The position numbers and the translations under genes are program-made. Below, in pieces: positions 25,777 through 39,830 of a stretch of DNA of 64,000 bases. The notes beneath the pieces were generated by a model. The model saw only the letters and a list, made by a program, of their open reading frames with translations. It ran no database searches and was not told the origin of the DNA. This stretch comes from Octopus sinensis (Eukaryota). The stretch lies in the NCBI RefSeq assembly GCF_006345805.1, contig NC_043001.1:2046001-2110000 (forward strand). The letters are read 5' to 3'. Position 1 is the stretch's first letter. Each line of letters opens with the position of its first letter.

Positions 25777-26347
25777 TGTATGTGTATGTATGTATATGTA
25801 TATATACATATGTATATAATTTATATGTTTGTATTTTAAATTTTGTTCATTCTATAAAGCATCTAGTGTTTGTCATATTTACTTGAGGTGAGGTTTAGCA
25901 TCTGTTGGAAAGAACGGATTAAGCACTTCACAAGCTGGAATGCGTTTGAATAAGCAGTCAGTTCTTTAAGTCCGATGCTTAGCTCGATCTGTCGTGCAAT
26001 GTCCACCTTGCCTGATATTCCACTCAAGTGTCACCTTTTACAACAATTCTTCTGTTATCGAACATCATACAGTTGAACATTTCAAAGACATTATTTAATG
26101 TGATGGACTGGATTAGCAAATTCTTCACTTGGAACAGGCATCCATCATGCTATATTGAAGTAATGTATAGAGAGTTAATGCAAAATATGGTGCTATTCTT
26201 AAATTCTACAAATAGTTCAGTTATTTCACCTTTTTTTGTTGCCTGGAGTGAAGCATAGTTTTTTTATGAATGGTGATTAACTAATTCAGGAAGAATTTCC
26301 ATAATGTCTGTAGACATATTCGGCAGAGATTTTATTATTTTAGTTAA

Positions 26348-26378
<31 letters not shown>

Positions 26379-27209
26379 GTTCTGTCACGACCACTATGAG
26401 GACTCAAAAGAAAGAACACCTGGTTAATTAATGGTTTTTATATTTCTAATTTATAAATTATTCTAAGGTGAATGTGCTGAGTATAACGGGAAGGTGTTGA
26501 GTTTCTATGGCCTCAACAGAAGAGGAATTCCATGTTCCGTCACTGACTCTTAGTTTAAGAGAAAATAAAATTTTCTGTTGAACATTTCATTTTCTTCAAA
26601 TAATTTCATTTCTTCTCAGACAAAGGCTCAGCCTTGAAATCTTGAAATGTCAGTTCATCCCACCACCCCTACCCAGGTCCCTACCACATACAAACTTATC
26701 AAAACTCATCAACTTCACCCAAGAGTTTTTACTAATACAGATCCTTGCCAGCTTCATTTTTTACTCGTTATCTCTAAAGTGATTAATGAGTTCAACTCAC
26801 AATCCTAAGATCATAAGTTTGATGCAGGAATTGGGCAGAACATTGTTGTCTTCAGCAAAGCTCTTTACTTCATGTTGTACCTGTGTTTACTCAACTGGAA
26901 ATGAATGCCACAAGCTCAGGGCTGATACAACAATTTCTTCCACCATGTGCTTCACCCTGGAATGTTTCACAGGCTCAAGTTTGCGGGTGCTGATGAAGTG
27001 ATTATATCTGTTGATGACAATACAGGCACTCAAAACAATATCTGAAAGCATGGTACATGCTACTAAAATAATACTTGTGGCTTACGGCTATGGGAAATCA
27101 ACTGGAGTTAAATTAGTCTTTCTTGTGAAGCCTAAATTGTTACCATTCTGGAGTTAAGAAATAAACACTGTTGGTGCTAACAAGAAGATCTACCTTTAAA
27201 ATGGTACTT

Positions 27210-27425
27210 GTTCCAAATTTTGAAATAAGGTCTGCCAATTCAGGGAGTGGGTAGGTTAATTGCGTTGACCCCAGTCTTCCACTGGTTCTTATTTTATCGA
27301 CCCAAAAGGATGAAAGGCAAAGTCAACCTTGGTAGATATTGAACTCAGAACATCTTTAAGACAGACTGAAATGCTGTGACACATTTTGCTCAATGTGCTA
27401 ATGATTCTGCCAGCTTGTTGCTTTA
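27210..27425 (-). mobile_element. tRNA-derived SINE, family A
   Basis: TTTTATCGACCCAAAAGGATGAAAGGCAAAGTCAACC..GAACTCAGAAC..GATTCTGCCAGCT. Confidence 0.75.
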
Positions 27426-27756
27426 ACCTTTACGATAATATTGTATTCCTCAATGGTGCTACATGGCAGTAAAATATAGAAGAAAGCAGAAATCACCAGA
27501 ACATCAGACTGCCTTCATCGATGGGGATTAAGGAAAACCTTGAGAAATTTGTATTGGAGTCATATTGGAAAGAAAGATGTCTTAAGAGAAGTGCAGTTAT
27601 AAAGATTACAAAACAAGGTGAAAGAGTGAAGTATGTGACTGGCTTTTCATGTGACACAAGAAGCAAAGTCTTGAGATGGATTCAGATGGGAAGAAAGAGG
27701 AGATGAGAAAGTTCATGAATTCTGTCGTTTTGAAACTGTAGATCTGTCAAGAAATA

Positions 27757-29287
27757 CACTGAACTGCAAAGAAATGTGATTTTTACAAATGTCATTTTTA
27801 TATGATAAATTCTGAAGATTTATTTCGGGGATGTAAGTGTAAATATTCCCAGACATGATGGTTTATTACTGAGACCCAAAATGCAGGTAACCTTTCAACT
27901 TGCCCTGAAATGAGATGCCAAAATGCAGCTGTTTTGAATGAGTGGGTGACAGTCACAAACAATTGTCATGAAAACCAGAATGCACATGCATCTTGTGGAG
28001 GCTATGGGTATAAAAACCAACTTGAACTGCATTCCTGGCATCCGTAGTTTGGATGCATCAAGTATGATGCAATTGTCTGCAATGCAGAGAGAACAAGCTT
28101 TTGGACGATTGCAGGCAGCGTGCCCTGGTTGTTGCAAAAGCTTACAATGTCCATGTCAGAACCATCAATCGCCTGCAACAGTGATGCAACACCAACAGCA
28201 CTGCAGACCATGCCCACAGAGGGCGCCCCAGGTGACCACATCCAGGCTTCATTACTTCATCCACCTGCAACACCTCTGTAATCACTTCAGACCAGCCAAT
28301 GTGACAGCTCGCGAGACCATTGGCACTAGACAGCAACCCATCAGCGATAACACGGTATGATGTCGACTGGCCACCAACAACCTGCGTTACCATCATCTTG
28401 CTTGAGGGCCTGTCTTCACTGCCTGCCACCATCAGGCTCGACTACAGTGGGCTACACAGTACCAACATTGGTGGTATGAACAATGGAGGTCAGTAGTCTT
28501 CTCTGAGGAGAACAGGTAATGTGATTCTACCTTGGCTGGCAGAGTGAGGGTGTAGCATAGGAGGGGTGAATGCAACAGAGATGCATGTGTCATGGAGAGA
28601 AATACATGGGGTGGCCAGAGCATTATGCTTTGCAGTGCTATAGGCTTGAATCAGAGAATTGGGCCTCATGTGTTCCAAAATGTTGGTGAAGGCAGAGGGA
28701 ATGGTATCACAGTGCAGCCCTACGTTGACCAGATCCTAAGACCTTACATTATGCCCTTCTTCACACGTCACCATAGTCACGCGTTCCAGCAGGACAATGC
28801 TCCCTCCCACATGGCCAGGGTCACCTTGGACTTCCTGCATCAGCACAATCTCAGAACCATACCGTGGCTGGCTCTGAGCCCAGATTTGAACCCAATTGAA
28901 CACCTGTGGGATGAAATCCAGAGACAGCTGAACTAGATGGTTCCAAGGCCAACAACTCGTGTGGAACTGGAGGCAGCTTTCCTCATGGTGTGGGCACAGG
29001 TGCCAATGGCTTTTGTGAGCCGTCCCATGCACTCTAAGTACTGACAGTGTATGGCCATTTTGAACATCCATGGAGGGCATACACCGTATTGAACATGTCA
29101 TGCCCTACAATCTTGATGTGCTGGATCCACCCGCTACCAGAACACATAAGAACAACCCATAGACTGTGGTCGAAGTGCATCCAGGAAACTGACTTTATCA
29201 GATTTATCAAAATTTATCTCTGACATAATATAAATCAAAACATATTTCACAGTCACACATGTCTCGTGTTTCTTTTGGGCTTCAGTG
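27757..29287 (+). mobile_element. Decayed Tc1-family (DD34E) transposon, about 1.53 kb
   Basis: TIR-like TA-CACTGAACTGCAAAGAAA and revcomp CACTGAAGCCCAAAAGAAA. N-terminal MQLSAMQREQAFGRLQA; FQQDNAPSH..WLALSPDLNPIEHLWDE in 28592-28936; several stops and frameshifts. Confidence 0.9.
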
Positions 29288-31018
29288 CATTAGGGAAACA
29301 TAGAAATGATAAAGAGGACCGCAACAGAATATGAGCAGAATGGACTGACAGACTGAGTTTAAGCTGTGTTAACCTGTCCAGGATTGAAATGTCTTCTAAA
29401 GAGTGGAAATTATGTTGATTGTGTCTATGTAAAAATATAAAAAATTATTCATTTTTAAAGATGAGGTGAATAATCCACCCTGAAAGTCTTTTTTAACAAA
29501 AGCTTATGTCAGTTAATTAGGCAATTAATGAATAAGCTGGTTTTTTTTTATGTTTTGTCTAAAGGTTATTATATCTAGTAAGGTTCAGTTTTATTTTTTT
29601 GTACAAAGATATTTATATTTGGTGAAGTAAGTATGATATGGCACCTCATTTCTTGTTGGAACTGAGTACTGGCCACATGCTGGGGCAGCCGGCTTTCCCT
29701 CTCACTGCAACATCTTCAATATTCCACTGCATCAAGATTGAGCGAAGAGGATGTCCATGCCTGCTCGTGACTTCATAGCTTTCTGAACCAATCGTTAAAA
29801 GCATGCTACACATTTACTCCCACTAATGAGCGGAGGCTGTGCTTCTTGCATATATTTATGTTAAGAAGCTACCAATATACCTTTTCTGTCTCTTTGCAAC
29901 TTCTCCATAGAACAGGAAATTTTATGATTCTTCACTTTTATCTAGAATTACTTTAATTTAATTGTTGTTGTTGTTGTTGTTGTTGTTTAGATTCAGGTCT
30001 TCTATGATTGAGCCAATCTATGGTCATAGACATTCCACCTGTGGCCATTTATTATTTATTTCAGACATAGTGTATCTTGGACCACATTATCTAAGGCACC
30101 CTCCTCTTTATTTAGATGATCGGGTGTGATTTAAGGGAGATTTCACTTCTATTTCAAGCAGGTGTGATCAAGTGAACAGAGGTTCCTCGGCTGCCTATTT
30201 ATTCCAGTCAGGTTTATGTGTGGCATTAATTGACAGAGGAATGAAATAATTCATATTAATGTCAAGAGAAGCACAGCATAGATTATAGAAATATAATTAC
30301 GGTCTCGTCAAATGATATCTACTTCCACTGTATACATACACGACCCCCAGTGATAGCTTAATATTAAGTTAAGGCTGCAATGCCATAAAGATAAAGTAAA
30401 ACAGAGACAAGGTATTTGTGAAGCCAACAGAAATTAGCAACTCATACAAGGCTCTTTTAGTTTCCCAAACTAAAGCTGCCTACAGCATGCGGATATTATA
30501 TTTAGGCTCACCATAAAACTATTTGATAGACACCAGTTTTGAAATACTTTTCTGCATGTATTAACATTATATTAACATATATTAATGCCTCATTATCACA
30601 AAATGTACTAAAGACTAGTTCTGGGAATTATTGCAATCAAAGGTGATATCAGGTATTTATTTGTAAATTATGTAAAACAAGCAAAGTTGATTATGTTGAT
30701 TATACAAAGGAAGCAAAAGTAATTAACTATTATCTGTGTCATCATTATGATAATAATAATATTAATAGTAAAGATGATGAAAATAATGATATTAGTGATG
30801 ATGATGATGATGATGATGATCATGGTGGTGGTGGTGGTGGTGGTGGTGGTGGTGGTGGTGGTGATGACGATGACGATGATGGTAATGATGATCATGATGG
30901 TGGTGATGATGTTCAAACTGAATTAATGAAAAAATATATTCTAAAGACCCAAGAATGGTGTATTCTGCTTGATGACAAAATATAATTCTTCCTAAATGTT
31001 ATTCTAAAAAGAAATATT

Positions 31019-31441
31019 GGGATCTTTTCGGTTTGAACGGCAGTTTTTTACAATAATTTCCACGTAACTAAACACTTTTAAACTTCGTATACTGATAGAA
31101 TGTGTTTATAAAACATCTTTTTCTCCTGGCTTTATTGAGAAAATTCTATAGTTGATAAGATATTTGTTGTCTTTTTTTCTTCAGTTTCTGCAGTTTCAAC
31201 CAATCAATGGCGTCTATTGAGGTAAAAAAACAATCTGTGCCATATGAATATGTCCCTCGTTTAAAAAACAGATTGGGTTTATTTACGTTTGTGAAGAAAA
31301 AAAGATACCCCCCCAACCCTAACTCTAACCCTAACCCTAAAACAGATTGAAATGCAATAGATCAATACTAGGGTCATAATTATGGGTGACAATTTCATAT
31401 GACACTGCTAGAAAAAACTGCCGTTCAAACCGAAAAGATCC
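31019..31441. mobile_element. Young MITE with perfect 30-bp TIRs and internal (CCCTAA)n
   Basis: GGATCTTTTCGGTTTGAACGGCAGTTTTTT..AAAAAACTGCCGTTCAAACCGAAAAGATCC. AAATATT on both flanks (31012-18, 31442-48). Confidence 0.9.
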
Positions 31442-31611
31442 AAATATTGTTGTTAGAATATATGTTTACATTCTTAATAAACAATGTGCTAATAAAAGAT
31501 GTCTGTTGCTAGGTTGCGAGAAAAATGAAGGAAATTAGAATTTGAAGAAAGTTCTGGAAAGAAAATGTATCCCAAAAGGAGACCAAATGTTCAGAGCAAT
31601 TGACGCCGCAG

Positions 31612-31640
31612 CTTCTTCATCTTCTTCTTCTTCTTCTTCT

Positions 31641-31673
<33 letters not shown>

Positions 31674-31761
31674 CCTCCTTCTTCTCCTTCTTCTTCACCT
31701 CCTTCTTCTCCTCCTCCTTCTTCTCCTTCTCCTCCTCCTCCTCCTCCTCCTCCTCCTCCTC
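31612..31761. repeat. (TTC)n/(TCC)n microsatellite
   Basis: Read directly from the sequence. Confidence 0.95.
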
Positions 31762-32371
31762 TGTCTGTGTGTCCATGTGTACCAGTGAATTGTTATTGCT
31801 GTTTCTTTCACGTTGTGCAAATTTGCATTTTTAGTCAAGAACCATTCTCTGCAGCCGAGACTTTATTTTCTTATGCTTTGTTTCACTTTCTTTGAATTCT
31901 GCAAATATAATTCAAAAAATTATTATTATTATTATCATTATTATTATTGTTATTATTGTTGTAGTTGCTGTTGTTGTTATTTTTTATTTATATATTTATT
32001 GTTTACATGTATTGAGTACTTAACTGTTTTGCTACAAAAAGCCATATTTAGTGCTACTCCCTTTCTTGTTTTATACTCTCACTGCTACTCTACAAAAAGG
32101 AAGCCATATTGAAACCTATTGTAAACCCAATAAAGGTTCAATCGGATTTTAAAACAGACCCTACGTCTACTTGAGGTATTCAAGTAGACACTCTGGCACT
32201 CCTAAAATAATTCAAAAAGAAATAATTTCCATTCTGTAAAATGTGTTTAGAAAATATTTTCTTGGAACTTCATGAGACTCACTGAAAAACAAAAAATAAT
32301 ATTAATAATAATAATAATAATAACAATAATAATAAAGATAATGATAATGATAATAATAATAATGATGATGA

Positions 32372-32405
<34 letters not shown>

Positions 32406-32548
32406 GGTAGTGGTAGTAGTTTCAAATTCTGGCACAAAGCTAGCAAGTTTGGGTTAGGTGAGGTGAGTCTCAAAAACATTGACTCCCAAAGTACAAATGG
32501 TACTTATTTTATTAACTCTGAAAACTGAAAGGTGAAGATGACCATAAC

Positions 32549-32597
<49 letters not shown>

Positions 32598-32617
32598 TAA
32601 TAATAATAATAATAACA

Positions 32618-33035
32618 TGCAGTACCAGGCAGTGGCCCTCATGGCTTCTGATCTTAACTGATTGGGAATGTTATTATGTACATTGTTTTGTCTTGGTATA
32701 AAAGATGGGCTACAGCAAATATTCTGCTCAATACCACAGATTTGCTTGTCAGTTGATTGACCTTAAATAGATGAGCATGTCCTTTGGTAGTTGACAATAT
32801 GTGCATCTCTAATCATGAGCAGAAGTGGTTGGGGAGCATCATAGCCATGTGTTGGGAGATATTCTTTGGGGTTTGGAAAAGTCACTTCTGGTAACATGGA
32901 TGTTTCATTGAACATCCTTAAATAACATCCTTAAATAACCCTTATTCAAGAACCTTTTGAATGGGATGGGTTACTCAATCTGAAGAACATTCCAGCTGGG
33001 CCCCACCTGCAAGATCATCACTGTTTATCTTGATA
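32618..33035. mobile_element. Second copy of the (AAT)n-associated repeat
   Basis: Colinear with about 8352-8760. Confidence 0.8.
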
Positions 33036-33746
33036 AGTTTCCAGAAATGATATTCAAAGTGTGAGGAGATTAGTTGAAACAATTGCCATGGATACTTGAC
33101 CGGTGACGATTTTGTTGTCTGCAAAGGAAATGAAGAAGCAAAGTTGGTGCCTGGTAAGATTTGAAGCTGGAACAATAACCACAATTTCTAACAAAATACA
33201 AAACATTTCTAAAATGTCTGAAAGTCATGGCTGGAATGTCTTTGAGCATAGGCTTGGTAAAAGGAAGCTGAGCTGGACCTGAGCAACAAGATAACTTGAT
33301 GAAGCTAGATTCGAAACTCAGATCCCACTATTCCAATGTAGTAGAGATGTGGAAGGGAATTGCTATATTATTCATGGAGGAAACATACGGTAATGGAATT
33401 CAAAGCAAGAACAAAGCAATTGCCAACTTGAATTCCTAATCAAGCTGAATTTTTAATGTCCGTTAGAATCTGGAATAATTCAAAACCCAAATCAACATTT
33501 TGGAATGGAACGAATTCTGTTCTGGTTCCTCCTCCTCTCTGTAAAATACATCAACACGTTCGATTAGATACAAAGAACTGTGTGTGTGTACACACACACA
33601 CACACACACATACATCAATGATAGAGGAAGAGAAAGAAAGAGGGATTGACAGATCTATCCGATGCATGCAAGCATGAAACATGGACATATAAAAAAATTT
33701 TGATGATTATAATGGTATACATTCATATTTATACATGTACACCCCC

Positions 33747-33785
<39 letters not shown>

Positions 33786-34269
33786 CATACACACACATAA
33801 ATACATATATAGATGCATATATACATGTGAATATGTGTGTGTGTGCATGCACATGTGTGATTTCTGATATCTCATTTATTATTGTGAATATCAAGTAAAA
33901 CTTTTCCTTTATTTTTGGGGTTGTTTTAAATATTTTTCTCATTGTTTTTATTTTATTCTTTTTTAATCATACACGGAAAAAAAACAGCTTTAAATTTTAA
34001 AAAATGCGTATTTATCTAACATAGTTGAATAAAATATAAAATAACGAGGGAATTTATCCCTCGTTATATCAGTGTTAGCATGTCCTTTAATGAAGCAAAA
34101 TGATCAATACTGGTTTTGTAAAGTGGCCAAAGATTTTCTTTTTTTTTATTTAAGACCTAGAATTAATAAAAGAACAGCTGTAAAACCAAAATGGCTTCAA
34201 TTCCATTGTGTTTGAGGTTCCTTCACTTCTGGCATTTCCCCTTATTCTTCCTGCCTTTCTGCCTCTAAT

Positions 34270-35085
34270 CTCTTACTTGCTTCACTCATTAGACTGCAGC
34301 CATGCTGGGGAGTTTTAGTTGAATAAATCAACCCCCCCTCCCAGTACTTATTTTTCATTTTGTAATGCCTGGTACTTATTCTATCAGTCTCTTTTACTGA
34401 ACTGCTAAGTTACAGGCATATAAACACACCAACACTAGCTGCTAAGCAGTGATAGGGGCACAAACACACACACACTCACACAGACGTATATACAACAGAC
34501 TTCTTTCAGTTTCTGTCAACCAAATCCACTCACAAGGCTTTAGTGCCCTGGGGTTATAGTAGGAGACACTAGCCCAAGGTGCCACGCAGTGGCACTTAAC
34601 CCAGAACCATGTGGTTGGGGAGCAAGCCGCTTACCACACAGACACATCTGCACCATTATTATTAATATTTTCACATTTTGGAACAAGGCCAGCAGTTTTA
34701 AGGGAAGGGCTGAGCAGAATAATTGACCTCAGTGTCCAACTGGTACTTAGTTCCTTGACCCCGAAAGGATGAAAGGCAATGCTGATCTCAGCAGAATTTG
34801 AAACCAGAATGTAAAGACAGACAAAATCCCATCAAGCATTGTGCCTGGTGTGCTAACAACTCTACTGGATCATCACCTTAATAATAATAACAATCCTTTC
34901 TACTCAAGGCACAAGGCCTGAAATTTGGGTGGGAGGGGACAAGTTGATTACGTCGACCCCAGTATTTCACTGGTACTTAATTCATCGACCCCCACAAAAG
35001 GATGAAAAGCAAAGACAAACTTGAAGGAATTTGAACTCAGAATGTAGAGACAGGTGAAATACTACTAAGCATTTCTTCCAGAGTG
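34270..35085 (-). mobile_element. SINE cluster: family B (about 34270-34655) and two family A copies (about 34675-34880, 34900-35085)
   Basis: Reverse complements of 58181-58600 and 51277-51510 respectively. Confidence 0.75.
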
Positions 35086-35650
35086 CTAAGGCCAAAACCT
35101 TCACTGTCTGCTATGCCAGAAGTATGGATATGAGATAATGGATGCTTGGTACAAAGTTCCAGATCCTCTGGGACTTCGACTGACAAACAGATAATAATAG
35201 CCTTTAGGAGGGATAAGCAAGAGAGCCTAATAATCGATGATGATGATGATGATGTAGAATGGTAATAGTCATTTGGATGAACCCCAGTATTTGTGTTGTA
35301 TTTTATTGTATTGATTCCATGTAGAGAAAATGCAGAGTTGACCTGGCCAGGATATGAACTCAACATGAAAAGAGCTAAAACAAGCACACCGGGTATTTTT
35401 GTCCAACACTGTAATGAGAGGTTTCTTTCACTTTCCTCTCACAAGACTTTGGGCAGCCAAAGTTTTGCTTAAGGTGCTATATGGTGCAACTGAATTCAAA
35501 GTTGTGTGATTGGGAAGTGACCTCCTGAAGGAGACAGCCATCAATTGTATTTGAGGGAACCTGAAATCTGCAAAGATTTAAAACAATACATTGTAGCAAC
35601 AACAAAAATTTTGTCTGAAACATGTTTAGTGTTACTAAGTTTGAGTGGTG

Positions 35651-35983
35651 TGGACATTTGACATGATGGGCATTTAAGATGATGGCTACTTCACAGGATG
35701 GATATTTCACATGATAGACATTTGACATGGTGGGTATTTGACATGATGAACTTTTGACATGATGGATATTTCACAGGTTGGATATTTGACATGATAGGTA
35801 TTTGACAGGATGGACATTTCACATGATAAACATTTGACATGGTGGGTATTTGACATGATGGATATTTCACAGGTTGGATATTTGACATGATAGGTATTTG
35901 ACAGGATGGACATTTGATATGATGAATTTTTCAAGGACGGACATTTGACATGAAAAATAGTTCGCAGGTTGGATATTTGACAT
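35651..35983. repeat. 16-bp minisatellite (GGAYATTTGACATGAT) with a 96-bp higher-order repeat
   Basis: About 20 units. The block GATGGATATTTCACAGGTTGGATATTTGACATGATAGGTATTTGACAGGATGGACATTT occurs at 35761 and 35857. Confidence 0.9.
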
Positions 35984-38900
35984 AAATGTGAAGATCTAAA
36001 AAGTATAATGCTTGTTGTTTATATCTCACGTCAGCTCACTTAGAACAGGCTATGGCCAACCTATCATTTTCCTAAATGCATGAAATTTGGGTCTACAATA
36101 TCTATATGTGTTTTTCTAAAACAATGTGATGGGGTTTGAGGAAGTAATGATTACTATATCTAGTAATTCAGCTGACCACCACGTGGCTGCTCCCTCATTG
36201 GCTCACCGATGGTTGGGAAGGAGGCTGTCAGCTTGTGTGGCCCATTGTAGTCGTATTTCTACAGAGCTAATTTACTTTATGGTCTTCCACACTGAGATGG
36301 TTTTCTCTCAATAATCATTATAACAGGAAATGGTACTGTTTTTATGGCTAGGCTGTCATTAGACAAATTGTCAGCACAACATCGAAGGCCATTTACCTTC
36401 TTTCTCTTTGTTTCTTTCCCACTACCCCAGCCCCTGTCTCTTCCTCTTCCTCCTCTTCTCTCTTTCTTTCTCTTTCTCGTCCGTCCTCCATCCAGCTGGT
36501 TTCGGTTCAGTTTATCTCTTCCTGGCTATTCAACTATTGCCAGAGCCGAGCGCTGCTATCGCTATCTATCGTTGTCATCTAAATAGACTGGCTTATGATC
36601 AATAAGCAGAAATAGATTAGAAAAATGACTGGATTAGTTAGGTGGGTTTCATTAAAACCGAAACGTTCCGTTTTCTCTTTTTGGTTTGTTTGTTTTGTGT
36701 TTAATATCTTAGGTAAACTCCTGCTGCTAGTTATTAGCTCCAGCAGCATCGTTTATAGTTAAATAATTATAACAACAATGGCACAAGTATGAACAGCAAC
36801 AGCAATAACAACAACATTAACGGCATGAATAATTGGAATAACAACGGCAGCAACGTTAACTGCATGCGTAAAAATAACATCAACAAGATTTAACAACGAA
36901 TTGCATTGGCAATGTTAACAACAACAACAAGCTCTGACGACTGAGAGCTGAAACGACCACATTTTATGTTACACTCGGAAGATTCTATCAATTGGGTATC
37001 CATAATCCAATGTGTCCAAATACACATGATACGAGGTATACAATATACAAATGATGCAGGGGAAGGGGGGGGGGTTAGGAAATTAATATAAAAAATTAAG
37101 GGAGAAGTAATAATGTTATGTAATACATGCAAAATGGGTGAAAAATTGCAGATAATGCAAAAATAGACAAAAAAAATTGTTAAAAAAATACTGAATAAAA
37201 GACAATATGACTGAAATTTTAGTCCCTCCCAAATGGCTGAAATGACCAATTAGCTCTGATCATGATCGCTCATTGTTCCGGTTTCTCTCTGGGGCTGATA
37301 AAATCTCATTAGAAAAGAGTTTGTGGGCTGAGTGGGTGGTGCAGGGGGTAAAAGAAGCTCCATATCTTGGTTGTGATCCACATACAACCATTGGTAACAA
37401 TAAATGCTTAATCTGATGACCACCCTGTCTTTGGAATGTTTCCCATAATGGGATTCTATTGCTTCTCATGTGTGCCCCACATCTGATTCCAAAGTTTTCT
37501 TTTGTCTCGTTTAGGTCCTCCATTAGTCATTTATCTGTCTTTACATCCTGAGTTCTAATTTCCTGTCTGCATTGATAAAGCACCAGTTGAGCCCTGGGGT
37601 CGATGTGAGTCGATCACCCCCTACCCCCACCCAACTTGATTACCTTGTGTCAAAATTTAAAACCAACACGAAGCAATGTTAACCAGAAACTGTTGCTTGG
37701 CAAGAAACCTGGATGTTTTGGTTATCTTCCTCTTGGGTTCATTTATATTCTTTGAGACAGGGTGTCCTTTTCTATTTTCTTATTTTCTTTGGCACATTCT
37801 GTTGCTGCATGCCCTACTCATGGCTTGAACTCTGGCCCCTCTACATTACAAGATGATATTGAACCTTAAATCCATTGTTTCTGGAACTAAGAGAGGAGCT
37901 GCTTTCCCAAATGGCAGTGCTACTTGAACTCTACCTGATGGCATTCTAGAAACTAAGACTCTGAAACTATGACTAGCAGAGTTCTAGAAACGGAAGCTGT
38001 AGGTTCTCTGCCACCCTTTCTTCTTCCCCTCCACTTCTCCAGTTCTTCACAGCATCACAACACAGTTCTAACAACCAAAATTTAAGGCATGCATCATTTG
38101 AATCTCTTCATTTTTACTCCCTCAACTGGGCATAATTCTGGTTCATTCTTTGATAATCAAGGGTCATTGGAACTTGTAGATCCATCCCAGTTCCTCTACA
38201 ACCACATATTTCAACTGGTTCCCTCTGTGTTGCAAATCAATCACTCTTTCTCTGACCTAAAACAGTCTACAGACCAAGAGTTAATGAGTCAGATAGCATA
38301 AACCTCTCGCCACACAACATAGAGGATCTCTTCAAAATGAATTTTTTTAAAGGCAACTGAAAACCACAATAATTCTTTAATCTTCACAGACTGCCAGTTC
38401 TTGGATTTTGTCTGGAAGCAAGGAAGTGCCACCTTAGTTAATATCATCCTTCTAGAACCCTGTCTTTTATGTGAATCTAATCATGTTCACTGTTTTGATG
38501 GGTTGGTGTCACATACATGATTCATCATCATCATCATCATCATCATCGTCATTTAATGTCCCTATTCCATGGTGCCATGGTTTGAATGGTTTGAGAGAAT
38601 CTGATTGGTCTGAAGACTGCATCAAGATTCAGTGACAACCTTGACATTACTTCTACGACTGAATGCCGTTCCTAATGCCAACCACTTTACAGAATATGCT
38701 GAGTACTTTTTCCTTGGCACCAGCACCAGTGAGACCACCATGCTTGCCTGCATGACTAAAATCTCCTTTGATTGATGGGAGCAACATTGAGAGGGAGGCA
38801 TCTTTATGCTATTGATGAGGGGTTGGAGTGAGAGAAAAGGATGGCTTCAGAACTAATGCTTTACAGTGTGGCTTGGTGTGTGAGTTCACACAAACATCAC

Positions 38901-39556
38901 AAAAATATTTTCCACTACAAATGGCGTCGCCCACAATTTGCAAATCAATGTTAATAATATCCATGGAATAATCCTTTCTTTTTCCATTTATTGAGGTAAA
39001 CATTATTAGTTTAGTGAGGCATAATTTGATACTGTTTGATTTCATTTTTAATTTTTGTAAAACATGTTCCATCCATTGATATCATTGGAATGGTCACCTG
39101 TGTTGCAGCTGTTGTTGTTGTTGTTGTTGTTGCTGTTGTTGTTGTTGCTGAAGATGTGAATGCAAACAAGTTACAAAAGATAAACAAGTCTAAAATCTAA
39201 GACCTTTAAGCATTTCACAGCTTGAAGAATACATCTCTGGTATTTCCAAAGAAGGGTTTCTGTGTGAATTATTCTTAAGAGGAGCTTCTTTAATTCAATA
39301 AGAACATAAAGATTTACCGAAATCTTTGGAGCTATTTCAATGTCTTTCCAAAGCAAGTTACAAAAATAATTCAAATTCTATAGATGAGCAGAAATTTTGT
39401 GGGAAGGGTGAGTTGATTAACTTTACACCATATTTAATTGGTATAATAATCTATTGACCCCATGAGGTAAGTTGAAGTTGACCTCACTTGGAGTAGAACT
39501 CAGAATCTAAAAAGCCAGTAGAAATGTCATCAGGAATTTTGTCTCAATCCTTTAAT

Positions 39557-39830
39557 CAGTGGCAGACTGGTCAGGTTACCAACTTGCCTGGTAGCAAGCA
39601 GGTCCCTGTGCCATTAGAATCCATATATGGGGGCCTATGTTAGTATCTAAGGGACCCATCCCCTCAAGTTTGAGAATTTTTTTATTCACTCCTAGAAGAA
39701 TGCATTAATTATTTCAGCCTTGATGAAAAGAATACTTTTAACAAAACGAAATTAAATGATAGCATTGCAGTTGCAAGTGGGCCTTCTTAGTCTCCTGGCA
39801 ACCAATATTTTTAGATCAAGTCTGCCACTT
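39557..39830. mobile_element. hAT-like MITE nested in a family A SINE
   Basis: TIRs CAGTGGCAGACT / AGTCTGCCACTT; 8-bp TSD CCTTTAAT vs CCTCTAAT. SINE sequence (about 39385-39850, -) resumes after it. Confidence 0.75.

Noticed and set aside
26600-27050. Possible Gypsy pol relics here and at about 38100-38450
   Set aside because: Only vague peptide resemblance; no catalytic motif or LTR.
31542-31895. Ser/Pro-rich, Glu/Lys-rich and poly-Leu ORFs
   Set aside because: They are the (TTC)/(TCC) microsatellite read in different frames.
35651-35983. CRISPR-like appearance of the short repeats, also the 55-bp units at 7140-7375
   Set aside because: Contiguous tandem units with no unique spacers, no cas genes, eukaryotic context.
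36931-36960. CTGACGA..GAAAC spacing; also CCGAAACGTT at about 36658
   Set aside because: The first has no valid stem II, stem III or NUH; the second has no CUGANGA box.
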